Positions 42,860-64,000 of a stretch of 64,000 bases of DNA are shown piece by piece (positions within the stretch are counted from its first letter, which is position 1; each line of letters begins with the position of its first letter). The notes beneath the pieces are model-generated. The model searched no databases, was not told the origin of the DNA, and saw nothing but the letters and a program-made list of their open reading frames with translations. The DNA is from the human T2T-CHM13v2.0 reference genome, Homo sapiens. Location of the stretch: NCBI RefSeq assembly GCF_009914755.1, contig NC_060942.1; one strand, written 5' to 3'. Made by a program: the position numbers and the translations under genes.

Positions 42860-43194
42860 TAATTCCATTTTTCATCAGTTGCCCAGCTGAACTGATGATT
42901 AAAACTTGGCTGATGGCCCAGTCATTTCCTTTGTTTGGCAGGTAATGAGAAGAGGATTGTTTAATGCAGGGATACAAGAAATACAGCCATACAACCTTCT
43001 TTTATTCTTTTTTTTTAGCTTTCCAGAGAACACCCAGCAATTTTGGGAATGGGCGATAGCCACATTTGAGAAATGTCAGAGAGGCAGGGAGGAAAAGCAG
43101 GATTTTTTTTTATAAAGTGCTTTGTCTTTGTTAATCTGCTATTCCTGCACCCCTCAAGGATCTAGACTCCATAGACTGGAGGGCAACAACAACA

Positions 43195-43785
<591 letters not shown>

Positions 43786-44423
43786 TGAGAGACATGAGTC
43801 AGGAGGTGTGTAGGAATTTGGAAGGCAGAGGCATTTACTGACACCCCAACGGCCTTCAGAGGAGCCTTCAGGGACTGGCATCCTCTCCAGACCCAGCTCC
43901 AGGTGGGAGATGCTTGGAAAACATGACTGTTGAACAGCCACAAAATACTTTCCTGGGTAAACATTTAAGGAAGAGCTTGGTAATAGGCTAAAAACAATTT
44001 TATCAACCCTAGCCTGTACCATTTTCCCTAGTCTTTTCTACCCTTAATCTTCTCATGGTTATTATGCATCTCATATTTGCACAAAGGCCCTGTTTTTCTT
44101 CCAGGTCCTGAAGCTGTATGTTTGTGCTAAATGGCTTAGTACCTGGCACAAAATGTTTCCTAGAATGAATGAATGAATGAATGGCTTTTCTAAACAGTTA
44201 ACAGCAAGCATTGTATGCTGAGGGCTCCTCTGGGGCCACTGTCAATGGTGAAGGCCCACCCTGCAGCCTGCCGGCCTCTGTCTTGCAGCATTACTGCAGG
44301 TCTATGGCAGTGCCTGGCATGAATTTTCTTCTGATAAATTGTATTATAGCAAATGCAGCACTCTTTCCATTTTTTCTGATTATGAAAGTAATAAAGCTTA
44401 ATGCAGAAAACATGGAAAATGTC

Positions 44424-45180
<757 letters not shown>

Positions 45181-46279
45181 TCTCACCCTTTTTTTGAGCT
45201 ATCATTGAGATCCTTCCATCACTCTGACACATACATGCGAACACACCATAATTTTGTCCAAAAGCAGCACTGGTCTTCCTGTCCATTCTGGCAGCAGCTG
45301 CTGGATGGCTCTGGGCAGGAACAGAAGAGGAGGGGTCTGTGGGGTTTGCTGTTGATAGTGACCCTCAGCCTGGAGTTGCTGGAGCTGCCCTGCTCTCCCA
45401 GCCAGGGGTTAGGGCTGACCATGTGGACCACTCTGCCTGCCTCAACCCCATCGCAACAGGCTCCCCAGTTTTCTCTCTGAGAGCAGTTTCAGAATAGAGT
45501 CAAGGGGTTTGAAGGATAGTAAAGGTTCACAGAAGGGGGGTGGGGGATAACACCTGGAAGCTTTTGGATACCAGCATGAGGAGGAGGAGCACAGCCTGTC
45601 TTCCTTCCTGTGGTTCTTCCGTCCCACTCCTTCCTCTCCCTCACTTGAGCTGCCCCACAAAGTGAGCGCTTCCCTGGCCTTGCTCTGCTGAACTCACAAA
45701 GGTGGTTTGCCCTTGGCTACTGTGTCCCTCCCTACAGGCCATGCTCATGACACAGAGCACAGGGACCCCAGCCATGGCTGACTCAGAGGGTGACGGGGAG
45801 GTTCACTGCCCAGAATGCACAGTGCTGCGGGGAGAAGGCAAGCTCTCCCCCAAGGCAGAGAGACACAGGCAGCTGAGCAAGTGAAGGGGCGGGTTTTAAT
45901 CATGTCTTGTTGATGGCTGTTCATTCAGGATCTCCCAAGGTTGGGATTCGACCTCCCTGTCTGGGCAGCAACAAGCCGAGCTCAGAGAGGGCCTTTAGTT
46001 GAGCTTTTGGTTTGTCTTTAAACCAAAGAGTGGCTGGTCTGTTAGGAGGACAAACACACTTGAAAGGAACTGGTCAAATATGTGGGGCTACTTTAGGGAA
46101 AAGCCACCGGCCTTGGAGTCGCATACGCCTATGTCCCACTTCGCGCAGGGCATCCCCCACCCTAGCTTCGGAGTCCATGGAAGGGGTTGCAGTCTGGGGA
46201 GCTGATCTGAAGCCAGAGGCATGAGGCCCTCAGTCCCTAGAAGGAAGCCAGTGCTGCCAGGACAGGACTTGAATGTGGA

Positions 46280-46560
46280 GCCTGTTTTGGGTGGGGTCCT
46301 GGGAGGAATCAGAGGGCAGACCCAAACCAGGTCATTTGAGGAGCGTTTAGTAGAGGGACTATTTACTAAGATGTGAACAGAACTTGGAAAAGGAGCAAGA
46401 GGTGTGCTGTGCTGGGGGGTGGTTAACCCCAGGGAGCCCTGGCCACCGTGGGCCTGACACAGGGAGGGGTGGGAGCACCTCTCCAGACCTGAGCCGCAGC
46501 CCACAGTAGAGAAAGGTGGTTCACCCCTGAAGACCATGCAGGGGGAAGCCACAGAAGAAG
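46280..46560 (-). mobile_element. Probable old MLT1 (MaLR) LTR fragment just upstream of exon H
   Basis: gggtcc..aggaatcagagggcagacccaaaccaggtcatttgaggagcgtttagtagagggactatttac resembles MLT1K/L from memory. Confidence 0.55.
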
Positions 46561-46747
46561 CACCCCATCTCCTGCTGGTGGCTGCCATTGGCCAAACCAA
46601 CTGAGAAGCCAGGGCAAGGAAGCAACACGGAGCAGTGTGGAGAGCGGCAAAGAGAAGATTTCTTGCTCAGGGTCTGCAGCCGCGGAGCCGAGCCCAGTGT
46701 CCACTGCTTTCCTGGCCTTTGTCTGCTTCCACACCCTAGATCAGTAA

Positions 46748-47473
<726 letters not shown>

Positions 47474-47598
47474 TGAGGACCTCATTCAGGCCTCTCAGGC
47501 AGGAGACACTGCAGAGCCAAGGTGTGAAATCTCTTTTCTCTTTTCTTCCCCTCTCTTTCCCGCCTCCACTCCTCCCCAATTAAAAATCTTTCCATTAG

Positions 47599-47709
<111 letters not shown>

Positions 47710-47829
47710 TGAGCCCAGGGAGTGGGCAGAGGGGCAAGAGACAAAGACATTGAATTGCAAATCCCGGGAACTTGCTTTTGGCTTCTGGGATTTCTACAGT
47801 ACCTAACCTGCAGAGTTATTGGGAGGCTA

Positions 47830-48171
<342 letters not shown>

Positions 48172-48294
48172 TGTGCCCGGCAAATAGTTCTGAGTAAACT
48201 GTAGCCTTTTTTAGCTCATTGAGGTCAGGGATGGTGTATTCTACTTTTAGCCTCTTTACAATGTCCTGCGAGGTGCTGGGCAAAAAGGCGTTTT

Positions 48295-48641
48295 GGTTTT
48301 TGGGCTGTTTTTTTTTTTTTAATTTAAGTTCTGGGATACATGTGCTGAATGTGCAGGTTTGTTACACAGCTGTATACGTGTGCCATGGTGGTTTGCTGCA
48401 CCTACCAACCCGTCATCTACGTTTTAAGCCCCGCATGCATTAGGTATTTGTCCTAATACTCTCCCTCCTCTTGCCCCTCACCCATCCTGTGTCCATGTGT
48501 TCTCATTGTTCAGCTCCCACCTGTGAGTGAGAACATGCTGTGTTTGGTTTTCTGTTCCTGTGTTAGTTTGCTGAGAATGATGGCTTCCAGTTTCATCCAT
48601 GTGCCTGCAAAGGACATGAACTCATTCTTTTTTATGGCTGC
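48295..48641 (-). mobile_element. 5'-truncated L1PA 3' end
   Basis: ttaagttctgggatacatgtg..gtgccatggtggtttgctgcacc..tgagtgagaacatg; TSD caaaaaggcgtttt/caaaaaagtgtttt. Confidence 0.92.
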
Positions 48642-49037
48642 AAAAAAGTGTTTTATAAAGGCTTTTTAGGTAGATTAATTGCCTAGATGGTTAACTATTG
48701 TAAAATTCGAGTTGTAGTATTCAACTGCTTCAGGATCCAGGGCATATTTGTATTCTGGATACTAGTCCTTTGTTGATTGGTCAGAGTATGTCTTATATTT
48801 TACCCATAGGCTCTGAGTGAAGGCACGGGATTACTATAATGAGATGAAAACTTCTATGTGTAGAACTGAATGCTGGCACTATGAACAAAACATCGGCACT
48901 GAGACACAAGGGCAGGTGCTTGATAGGGCTGTGGAAGCCAGTGGGCATACCAAGACCACTCCAGCTGTCTTCCCCAGCTGGCACCAGGGAGTTGATTCCA
49001 CTCTGCCGCTAAGAGCAGTGTGGCTCGGCTCGGCACT

Positions 49038-49335
49038 GGCACGGTGCAGTAGCTCACGCCTGTAATCCCAGCACTTTGGGAGGCCAAGGCGGGCGGATCA
49101 CCTGAGGTCAGGAGTTCGAGACCAACATGGTGAAACCCTGTCTCTACTAAAAATACAAAAATTAGCCGGGGGTGATGGCGGGTGCCTGTTATCCCAGCTA
49201 CTTGGGAGGCTGAGGCACAGAATTGTTTGAACCCGGGAGGCGGAGTTTGCAGTGAGTTGAGATCACGCCACTGCACTCCAGCCTGGACGACAGAGCGAGA
49301 CTCTGTCTCAAAAAAAAAAAAAAAGAAGAAGAAGA
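49038..49335 (+). mobile_element. Alu with an atypical 5' end
   Basis: TSD agagcagtgtggctc/agaatagtgtggctc. Confidence 0.92.
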
Positions 49336-50272
49336 ATAGTGTGGCTCAAAACTGTGGCTTCACACCTCCCACCAATTTGACTGTGCTGGCAGGGAACTGT
49401 GGGGAGGAAGTAGAGGCAACCAGGTGGAAGTTCCTCTCAAGCCTCTCAAAGATGAGTCTGGAATAGGGAAAGCCCTTGGCATCATCTACCAAATTAGCTC
49501 TTGGAGATCTCACCTCACTTGTTTTACCTAAATAGCTGAACCTGTTCCATGACCAGCCCAAGAAACTAGTTTAGGGCCGAGCAAGAGTAGGTAAAATCAG
49601 CCATATTTAACCACTTTTTTATGGCTTCAGGCCTGTTTCCATTTCTCATCAATTCACATACATGTTTTTAGACACACACACGAATTCATCTTCCCATCTA
49701 CATCTCCTTGTTTTTTTCCCAGCTAAGCTGCACTAGATCGTCGGGCCCACCAGGTTGGCCTCAAAACACCCCAAGGCCCCCAGAAAGAGCTGAGCCAGAA
49801 GGGCAAAGCCAGAGCCAAGCAGACCGGGAGTCGAGGCCTGCCCTTCTGCCAGCTCTCCCGCCAGGCTCGCTGGCACCACAGCAGAGTGATGCCTTTGATT
49901 TTTTTCCTCAGATCATGCTACAGTGATCTTGACTCTTACTCTGTGCCGGTGAGCTGTGAGAGTCTGCTACAGCCTGTTTGACCTTTGTAGTAAGAAACAC
50001 TGTTAGTTTGGCTTTCTCCCTTCTCCCTCATTTTAGTGCAGGTTAATGCAATGGTGCTCTCAAGAGGCACAATGACACCTTTTTAAAAACTAAACTAGGC
50101 TTGAAAGTGCAGACTTTAGTTCAGGGATATAAAAATAAATGTATTATATGTGTTAAAAAGATATTAGCTGTACCTCCAATCTTTAGCCTTTTTTGGAAAG
50201 TTTCTTTTCTCCCTTTGAAAGTTGTCTTAAGCTACTTTTTCATCTTATACATTTTATTATTATTAATAATAA

Positions 50273-51282
<1,010 letters not shown>

Positions 51283-51312
51283 GTGTCTTGGCACTTTAAA
51301 TGTACCATCTCT

Positions 51313-51830
51313 GGCTGGGCAGGGTGGCTCACACCTGTAATCCCTGTGCTTTGGGAGGCCAAGGTGGGAAGATGGCTTGAGGCTAGAAGTCTGAGATCAG
51401 CCTGAGCAGCAGGGAGACCCCATCTCTCACAAAAATTTTAAAACTCTAGCCAGGTGTGATGGTACACGCCTGCAATCCTAGCTACTCAGGAAGCTGCAGT
51501 GGAAGGATTCCTTGAGCCCAGGAGTTCAAGGTTGCAGTGAGCTTACATTGCATCACTGCATTCTAGCCTGAGTGACAGAGTGAGACCCTGTCTCCAAAAA
51601 CAAAAAGAAAAGGGTCTGGTATGGTGGCTTACACCTGCGGTTCCAGCACTTTGGGAGGCTGAGGCAGGATGATTGCTTGAGCCCAGCAGTTCAAGACCAG
51701 CTTAGGCAATACAGTAAGACCCTGCCTCTACAAAAACGTTAGCTGGGCATGGTGGCACGTGCCTGTAGTCCCAGCTACTCAGGAGGCTGAGGTGGGAGGA
51801 TCATTTGATCCCAGGTGGTTGAGGCTGCAT
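51313..51830 (+). mobile_element. Two tandem AluJ-like elements, the second truncated
   Basis: 51313-51611 and 51613-51830. Confidence 0.88.
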
Positions 51831-52220
51831 TAATGCTTACTATAATCTGGGGACTCAGGGTTAAGTACAGTGCCTGAAGGTGTGACGCTGTAAGGGGTAG
51901 GGCCAGGATTCACACCCAGGTCTACTGGCTCTCAACCGTGACTGCATATTGGAACACTCTGAGGCGCCTTAAACAATATGACTGGATCCTGGGCAGTCAG
52001 ACATTCTGACTGAACTATTCTGGGATGTGTGGCCTGAGTGTGGGAATTTTTACCAGCTCCCAGCTGATTGTAACGTGCGGAAGACATTGGGAATCTTGCT
52101 CAGTGCATCCTAAAATCTCTTGGGTGTCAGTATATTAACACCCCACAGTTAAAATCTCAAGACAGAAATAAGATCATCCAAAATTAAACTTTTAAGGAAA
52201 TTTGGCCTGGTGGAGACTAG

Positions 52221-52739
<519 letters not shown>

Positions 52740-52868
52740 TAACTGTTTCTTAGGGCATAAATTACAGAATACATGGAAAAGTCATTTTGGGGAAAGAGGG
52801 ACTTTTCTTTCCAGGCATAGGGAAAACATGTTATCTCATGGGATGGCTTTTTGCCCCTTTATACACAG

Positions 52869-53008
52869 AAGTGATAAAGGAATCCAAAGTTGAAGAGCCC
52901 AGGAAACGGGAAACTGTATCCATAATGCTGACCAAATATGCAGCCTATAACACCTTTCACCACTGTGAACAGTGCCGCCAGTACATGGACTTCACCTCTG
53001 CCTCCCAG
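52869..53008 (+). CDS. GREB1L: GREB1L exon K (140 nt): [11 protein letters not shown]...[21 protein letters not shown]
   Basis: acacag|AAG acceptor, CAG|gtacca donor; phase 1 to 0. Confidence 0.92.
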
Positions 53009-53171
53009 GTACCATCCCACCTTCGCCCTCGCCCTCTGTCACCCAGTATGGATTTTGTATGTAAGGGTGGGGGGTGGAGGGATGAAAAATAAGGCCCCTA
53101 GTTTCAGGCCTCTGGTAAAGGATAGTTTACTCATAAGAAGGAGCCACTCATTGGTGAGAAAAATGCATGAA

Positions 53172-53536
<365 letters not shown>

Positions 53537-55176
53537 TTAGTTTTAGTGTCTTGAATTACTTCTTCAAATGGTTACACGTGTCATGTTTAGGTTAGGAAGT
53601 AGCTGAGGTGTTTATTTGCAATCCATATATTACAGTATATTTGATAAAAGGGTTTCCCCCTCTTCCCTTTGGAGCACTGACTAAAATGGCACTATTATCT
53701 CAGATCCACAGGGTGTGCCCTTTGAGCTGTGATTCTAACAAGACTGTTGATTTGCACCAACCTAGTCATATTCTCACACCTGCGTGGGGTGGCTTGGCCA
53801 GTGGAGTCAGTTTGTTTTATGCAGTGAGAACTGAGACATAGGAATGAAGAACATGGGCCAATAACCCTTAGTATGTGGCTTCTTTTTGGCTAGTGCATCT
53901 TTAAGCACAAAAGATGGAAAGGCAACAAATGATAGTAATATCCAGAGCTTACTTCCCCAAATTCATCTTTATTTTTATAACTTGGCTCTGAACACACAGA
54001 AACAACTCCTGCTTCTGGTAGGCCATACTGACTCCCCTAAACCTGTTTCTGCTCTTCAGGGCCAGGTCGTCACCCTTTTCCCACATCTCATCCTGAAATA
54101 CAAATGAGTACTAGAAAGGATATACTTTAAAAAACTGATCGAATCATTCTGCCCTTCTAATACAAGTTACCTTTTATATCCCATTTGTTTTCTTGGTGTC
54201 ACTGAAAACTTTTGGTGGGCTGCTTTGAAATAAGCTCATAAAAGCTTTATAGAATATAGAAGACCCAAGTCCCCTGGTCTACAGATTATAGGTTTTTAGA
54301 AAATCTCTTTATTAGAAATCCTCTATTCATAAAGTTTCTGTGTGACTACAGTACTAAGTAGTATATTCCCACATTTCTGAGGCAGAATAAACTAGAATTA
54401 AGGGAAGAAGTGTAATGTTATTTTTCTATGAAATATAGTATTTTGGTTAAAACCATTGGGAAACCTACTTCGATTCTAGTTGCTGATGAAAATTGATGGT
54501 ATCCTTTTATTAAGCCAAATCTTATCCACATTAAAAGCGTGAAAAGACCTATTATATAATTATTCACTGAGATAGGTTACTGAAAAAACGTGAACTCTGC
54601 AGCACTTTAAATGTAGGTTAGATTTATATTTGGCTTCAGTGAGTCAAATGGTCTCTTTTCTGAAACCAGAGTTCTGGGCTAAATGATTGAACCTCTTCAG
54701 CATCCACTGTAGCCTGGAAAGATGGGGCTGGAGAGGCATTTTAATGTCAAACCTGATATTTAGAAAGCTGATATTCATTTGATCTGACCCGCATAGAGCA
54801 GAAGTGTTTCCCTCCGATTAACAGGGGACCTTTAGGAATGCATACAGAGCAGGACATCCCACAGATATATCTGACCTCTGCACAGGATGAAGCAGCTGTG
54901 GCTCTGAGAGCACACAGAATGCAGTGCCAGGCAACAAGTACTTCTTCCACTGAGGCTATGCAGGTGCAAGACGGCGGGCTGTCATGTCAGTGGCAGCTCC
55001 TAAATGAAGTGTTTGCCTTATCAACCTTTTAGACGTGGCTGCTCACAGCCTGCTCTGGTGGCACTTACCAGTTCATGTTAGTTTCCATCTCTTAATAACA
55101 ACCTGAAGGAGTGGCCTGGAAGTTTGGAAACTGTGGGCTTACTTACGTTCCCTCCCTTTCTTCTTTGCAAATGTAG

Positions 55177-55338
55177 ATGTCTGACTCCACCCTTCATGCC
55201 TTCACATTCTCTTCTTCTATGCTGGGAGAAGAGGTTCAGCTCTATTTCATCATTCCCAAATCCAAAGAGAGTCATTTTGTCTTCAGCAAGCAGGGCAAGC
55301 ACCTGGAGAGCATGCGGCTGCCCCTGGTTTCAGACAAG
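55177..55338 (+). CDS. GREB1L: GREB1L exon L (162 nt, phase 0-0): [14 protein letters not shown]...LPLVSDK
   Basis: atgtag|ATG acceptor, AAG|gtgggt donor. Confidence 0.93.
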
Positions 55339-55409
55339 GTGGGTGAGAGCATCTGGACTGGCAGGCACCAGACCTAGTTCTTTAAGCGTCTTCAATCTAG
55401 AGGCTTTAA

Positions 55410-55715
<306 letters not shown>

Positions 55716-56934
55716 TGAAACTTTCAGATTCCCCTGCCTCTAGAAATTGTCCTGCCCTCCTCACCACTCTTCGGAAAAAAAAAAAAAAAAAAAGCTTTTT
55801 GACTCTCCCTTGAATTTGAGTTTTCTTTTTCCCTTTATCTGCACTTTTGCAGAATTAACTCTGAGGACTGGTAATTAAGGAAGAAGTCACTGGTGTACTG
55901 AGCACCCTGGGAAGGTTTGGGATTCTTCCCCATGTAGGCTGCAAATGTTCCTGAGCTGAGCACTCTGGGGAAGGAATGTAACCATGAGAAAAAAGATGGT
56001 CTAAGGGAGAGGCAGCATTAGTGGTTCACCCAGATCAAGAGGGGCCCCTAGGTCATCTCATCTTTAAGGCACGTAGCAAGTTATAGGGGGCTGTTGTACA
56101 ACCAGGGAGCTGGAAGCATCGTTACTGCCTATGACACAGGAATGTGCCTGAAAGAAGTCCTGCTTTCCTCCTGGAGTTTAAGAGCAATGCGCTGATTTCT
56201 CAAAGGGGGCCAGTCTTGTTGTATGTATGACAGAGCTGTGGAGACTGTAGATGTCAGAATGCCTTCATTTTCCTTTCTCAGGCAGGACATCTCTAACTGA
56301 ATCCAGTGTTTTAGAGCTGCGCTCTTCTGGACACTTCTTGCGCTGCAGTTCTAAACAGTTTGGCCCATCTGCTTCTGTCGGTGCCTCAGTGCCAAGTCAG
56401 GAGCTGCTTGTTCCCATTTTAAAGGGAAGTAATAACACCCAGCCTAGAGCTGGACTGGAGGGCAGATAAGACCTGAGTAGTTTTCTTGAACCCACGTGTT
56501 TCTTCTCTCCAGGGTCTCCTCTTTCTCCACTGTCTCCCAACCTAGCCTCTGCCTCTCCCTTCCTTCTTAGGTCTCTCCCATTTCTTGTTCCTTTCTATGC
56601 CTTTTCATGTCCTTCAACTTCAAACAGCCTTAATATGGGCTTAAAATATTTTCAAAAATGGTTTTGTTTTGAATATAATTGTTTATCACTTTATATCAAG
56701 TGAATTAAGGCTTCTGAATATTTCTGTTCCTTCAGCCTCCCCAAAACCACCTATACTCATACTAACTGAAGCCTTTTTCTATATGAATATGACCTTCTTC
56801 TGTGCCTGCCTGATCCTTAGGAGAAAGTTTTCTCATCCTAGATCTGACCAAACTATTTAGTACTAGTTTTGCCATTTTTGCAATAATTTGGGGAGAATGA
56901 AGCCAACACACATATGCAAATGAAATATACAAAT

Positions 56935-59890
<2,956 letters not shown>

Positions 59891-60069
59891 AAACTATTAC
59901 ACACACGTTCTTGGAAGGTAGATTTTCCTAAATCCCAGTTTTACCCTTGATCTGTTCACACTGCTTCTGGTTCTTCCATAGATTTAATAGCTTTTCTTTC
60001 ATTTATCACCTACGTTTTGTTTCATTTTACAATGGCCCACTCATAAAATTTGGCTGATTACTGACTATC

Positions 60070-60290
60070 ATCTTGATAATCACTAACATTCACCGAGTAC
60101 TTAGAGGGTACTAGGCGCTATCCTGAGCATCATACAGCAACCCTATGAGATCGGCATTATTATTGTCTTCTTAGAGGTGGGGAAGCCAAGGCACAATGGG
60201 TTTAATTTGTTCAGGGTCACATGGCTAGAAAGTGGTGGAATTAGGATTCAAAATCAGACAGTTTGGCTCCTGTCTCTTCTCTTAATCTCT
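60070..60290 (-). mobile_element. MIR
   Basis: ctaacattcaccgagtactta..cagcaaccctatgaga..agggtcacatggctagaaagtggtggaattaggattcaa. Confidence 0.8.
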
Positions 60291-60807
60291 ATACCATATT
60301 GCCTCTTGCAAAAGGCAGATCTAGGGAAAGGGTGCCAGTTTCCAGAGTTGTCTTCTTCAAAGAAGCTGCCGTCAGTTTCCTTGAAGTATCTAAAGCAGGG
60401 GACATATCAGTGGAATTGGCATACCCACTCACTGCAGCCCAGTTAACTCCCTAGTACAGGACATGTGAGTGGCTGCTTCCAAGTCTGAGAGAGCCTCTTG
60501 TCATGCTTCAAGGAAGTAAACAGTAACAGCATTTCCTAGATGTGGATTCCTTTGTCCTGTGAGGGAAACTGGATTCTTGCAATACTTTCAAAGTGTGGTT
60601 CATACCATTTGCATCCTCAAAGATATCTCTGGTTTCTGGCCCTTACACCATACCGACTCAAATGCAGCTCTAGTAATGGACTCTTAAGAATCTACATTTA
60701 AAAGTGATTCCCAGTAACACTGGTTTGAGAGCCACTGCTCTGAACATTTGGTTGGCTCCCACCTGCATGGTTCCCATGTGAACAGGCATTCTGTGGAGAG
60801 AATATAG

Positions 60808-61047
<240 letters not shown>

Positions 61048-61290
61048 TAGACTTCCAAGCTGGGGGCGTATGACACAATGCTATAGACAGGACAATACAT
61101 TTCTTGACTACAGTTACATACGGAAGTAAGAAAGAGAGAGACAGCTTTCCAGAGCAAAACAGTCAACCATGAGACCACCCTCACTAGAACATTTTGTGGT
61201 GACTTAGGAATCTTTTATTTAGACATTCAGTAGCCCATTAAATTCCTGGACCATTCTGGGATCACAGCGTTGGTTAGCTATTAAAGTCTA

Positions 61291-61793
<503 letters not shown>

Positions 61794-62462
61794 AGTCATG
61801 CTTCTTAACTGTCTGTATGAAAAAGGAAAGTCATCTCACCTCTCCATATCTCAAGTCCATCACCTGTAAAATTACGCCTGGGCCAAAATCAGTGGTTCTC
61901 TTCCTGGGGTAGTGCCCCCTCACATTGCTAGGGGGTGCTGGTCGGGGCATCTGTGAGGACCAGAGAATGCCAAACATTTTAAGAAGTCCGACACAATAAA
62001 CCCCCAAAATTCAATAGCACTCCCATTGCAACACTGTGCCAGCTGACCTTTAAGCCCCTCCCAGCTCAAACACTGTGATTTTGTGTCCTTGTTCCTATTT
62101 TGGATTTGAAGCCAGTGAAATTTTCAAATATTCCTTATTATACACAATTACCAGAACTGGGAAGGATACCTCTATGCTTCCAACCTCCGGCTACCTCTTC
62201 TTTGGCAACTCTTTATTCACTGTTCACTCTGACACAGGCCGGATTTCTTTCTTTGCCCGAAAGTGATAAGCCCCACCCCAAAAGGCAGTTTCTTTATAAT
62301 AGTGACAGGCAGTGTGAAAACTGGGCTTGACATTCTTCTCCATTTGCTAATACGAAGTAAATCAGTTAATTTTATCCTTGAGAGTATTACTGGTATATAG
62401 TAGTGTGTAGACACTTCACAAATGATCCTCTCTTCTGTAATATTTATCAACATCTTATATAA

Positions 62463-62705
<243 letters not shown>

Positions 62706-63008
62706 TAAGTCAGGCCTCATGGATGCAGGTAATCCTGGCATCTACTGATTGCTTCTGCCCAGCTCTAGCCTCTGTAATGCTTTTATTCGTATGTCTTCAG
62801 TTGAGAAGCTGACTCTTTATGTGGGCAAGGAGAAAGGGGGATCACAAGCCCCAAAGTGTGCCCCTTTATCAGCAAACTGACCTAGACCTTAACAGGGGTT
62901 ACAATGTGAAATGCTTAGAGAAAACACTTTAGCCATCTCATTATTCAACAAGAACTCAAGACACAAAAACTACTGACTCAAGTCAGTGTGTGGACCCACA
63001 AACATCTA

Positions 63009-63123
63009 AGATTAAGCCTCCTTCACCCTCCAGACTCAGAAGGAAATCACTTTTCCTGAATGTTAGACTAAGCCCTCCTTCACCCTCCAGACTCAGAAGG
63101 AAATCAATTTTCCTGAATGTTAG
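63009..63123. repeat. ~56-bp tandem duplication, 2 copies
   Basis: taagc(c)ctccttcaccctccagactcagaaggaaatca(c/a)ttttcctgaatgttag occurs twice. Confidence 0.95.
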
Positions 63124-63616
63124 TAGGATTCAGGGAAATCCTACTGTAGGGAAAAGGCAGCAGATGGGGATGAGCAGGGTAGCCATGGCCTTGCCTCCCA
63201 AATAAATTATGTCCAGGTTCCTACAAAACCTGAGAGGGCCAAGCAAGAAGGCAGGAACCATAAAGTCCTTATGCCAAACTTACGGTTATAGAATAGCTGC
63301 TGCTTTCACTCCTGTTTTAAATTTGACAGAGGCTTCATCCTGCTTGTAGCCAGAAATTTAAAACTGGGAGCACCTCTGCATTCCTGTTTTGCCGGAGTGT
63401 ATCAAATAGGAATATAGTCCTGTTTTTGCATAGGGATACCTAAAACCTGTGACATAGCTGGGACAAAAATAATCTCACTTTCCCCTTCCTTGAAAGGCTG
63501 TAATGCCCAAATCAGAGTTTTTCCAGGTCAGTGTTACGAGGGCCAGCTCCACAAAAGCATGGTTGATTATTTTAGGCTCCTAATATCTTGCCACACATTT
63601 ATTTCTCTGTGTATAG

Positions 63617-63892
<276 letters not shown>

Positions 63893-63937
63893 TAAGCACT
63901 TTCTATTTTATTAGAAAAGTGAAATAACACAAGGGAG

Positions 63938-64000
63938 TTTTTTTTTTTTTTTTTTTGAGACAGTCTGTCCCCTAGGCTGGATGGAGAGCAGTGGCGTGAT
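63938..64000 (-). mobile_element. Alu 3' end cut by the window edge
   Basis: Poly(T) followed by gagacagtct..ggctgga. Confidence 0.8.

Noticed and set aside
54499-54508. Perfect U12-type 5' splice consensus GTATCCTTTT (a weaker one is at 19623)
   Set aside because: No upstream exon and no TCCTTAAC branch site before exon L; one 9-mer hit per window is near chance
54484-54569. TGATGA...CTGA spaced like a C/D snoRNA
   Set aside because: Box C lacks the leading purine, there is no terminal stem, and no recognisable rRNA guide

Overview
Primate genomic DNA, almost certainly human. The window lies inside GREB1L on the + strand. I traced 16 consecutive GT-AG coding exons (1428-63814) whose phases join into one open frame of 3290 nt (~1097 codons); the gene starts upstream of the window and ends downstream. 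The encoded segment has SF2-helicase-like motifs in circularly permuted order (degenerate Walker B, then motifs III/V/VI, and only then an intact Walker A). A GT-A/TAGT glycosyltransferase domain follows. The introns hold about 50 Alus (roughly a quarter of the window), old L1M/L1PA, L2, MIR and MER5 fragments, an internally deleted THE1 provirus and a probable MLT1 LTR. Structure not explained by these features includes a diverged ~400-500 bp duplication with permuted block order flanking one exon, an Alu-Alu recombination tandem duplication, a template-switch hairpin inside an Alu, a chain of short overlapping hairpins, a 20-bp perfect palindrome, a mini-Alu and three head-to-head Alu pairs with 28-30 nt spacers. 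There is no prokaryotic, CRISPR or RNA-gene content. Repeat boundaries and subfamilies were read by eye and are approximate; exon letters A-P are my own labels.
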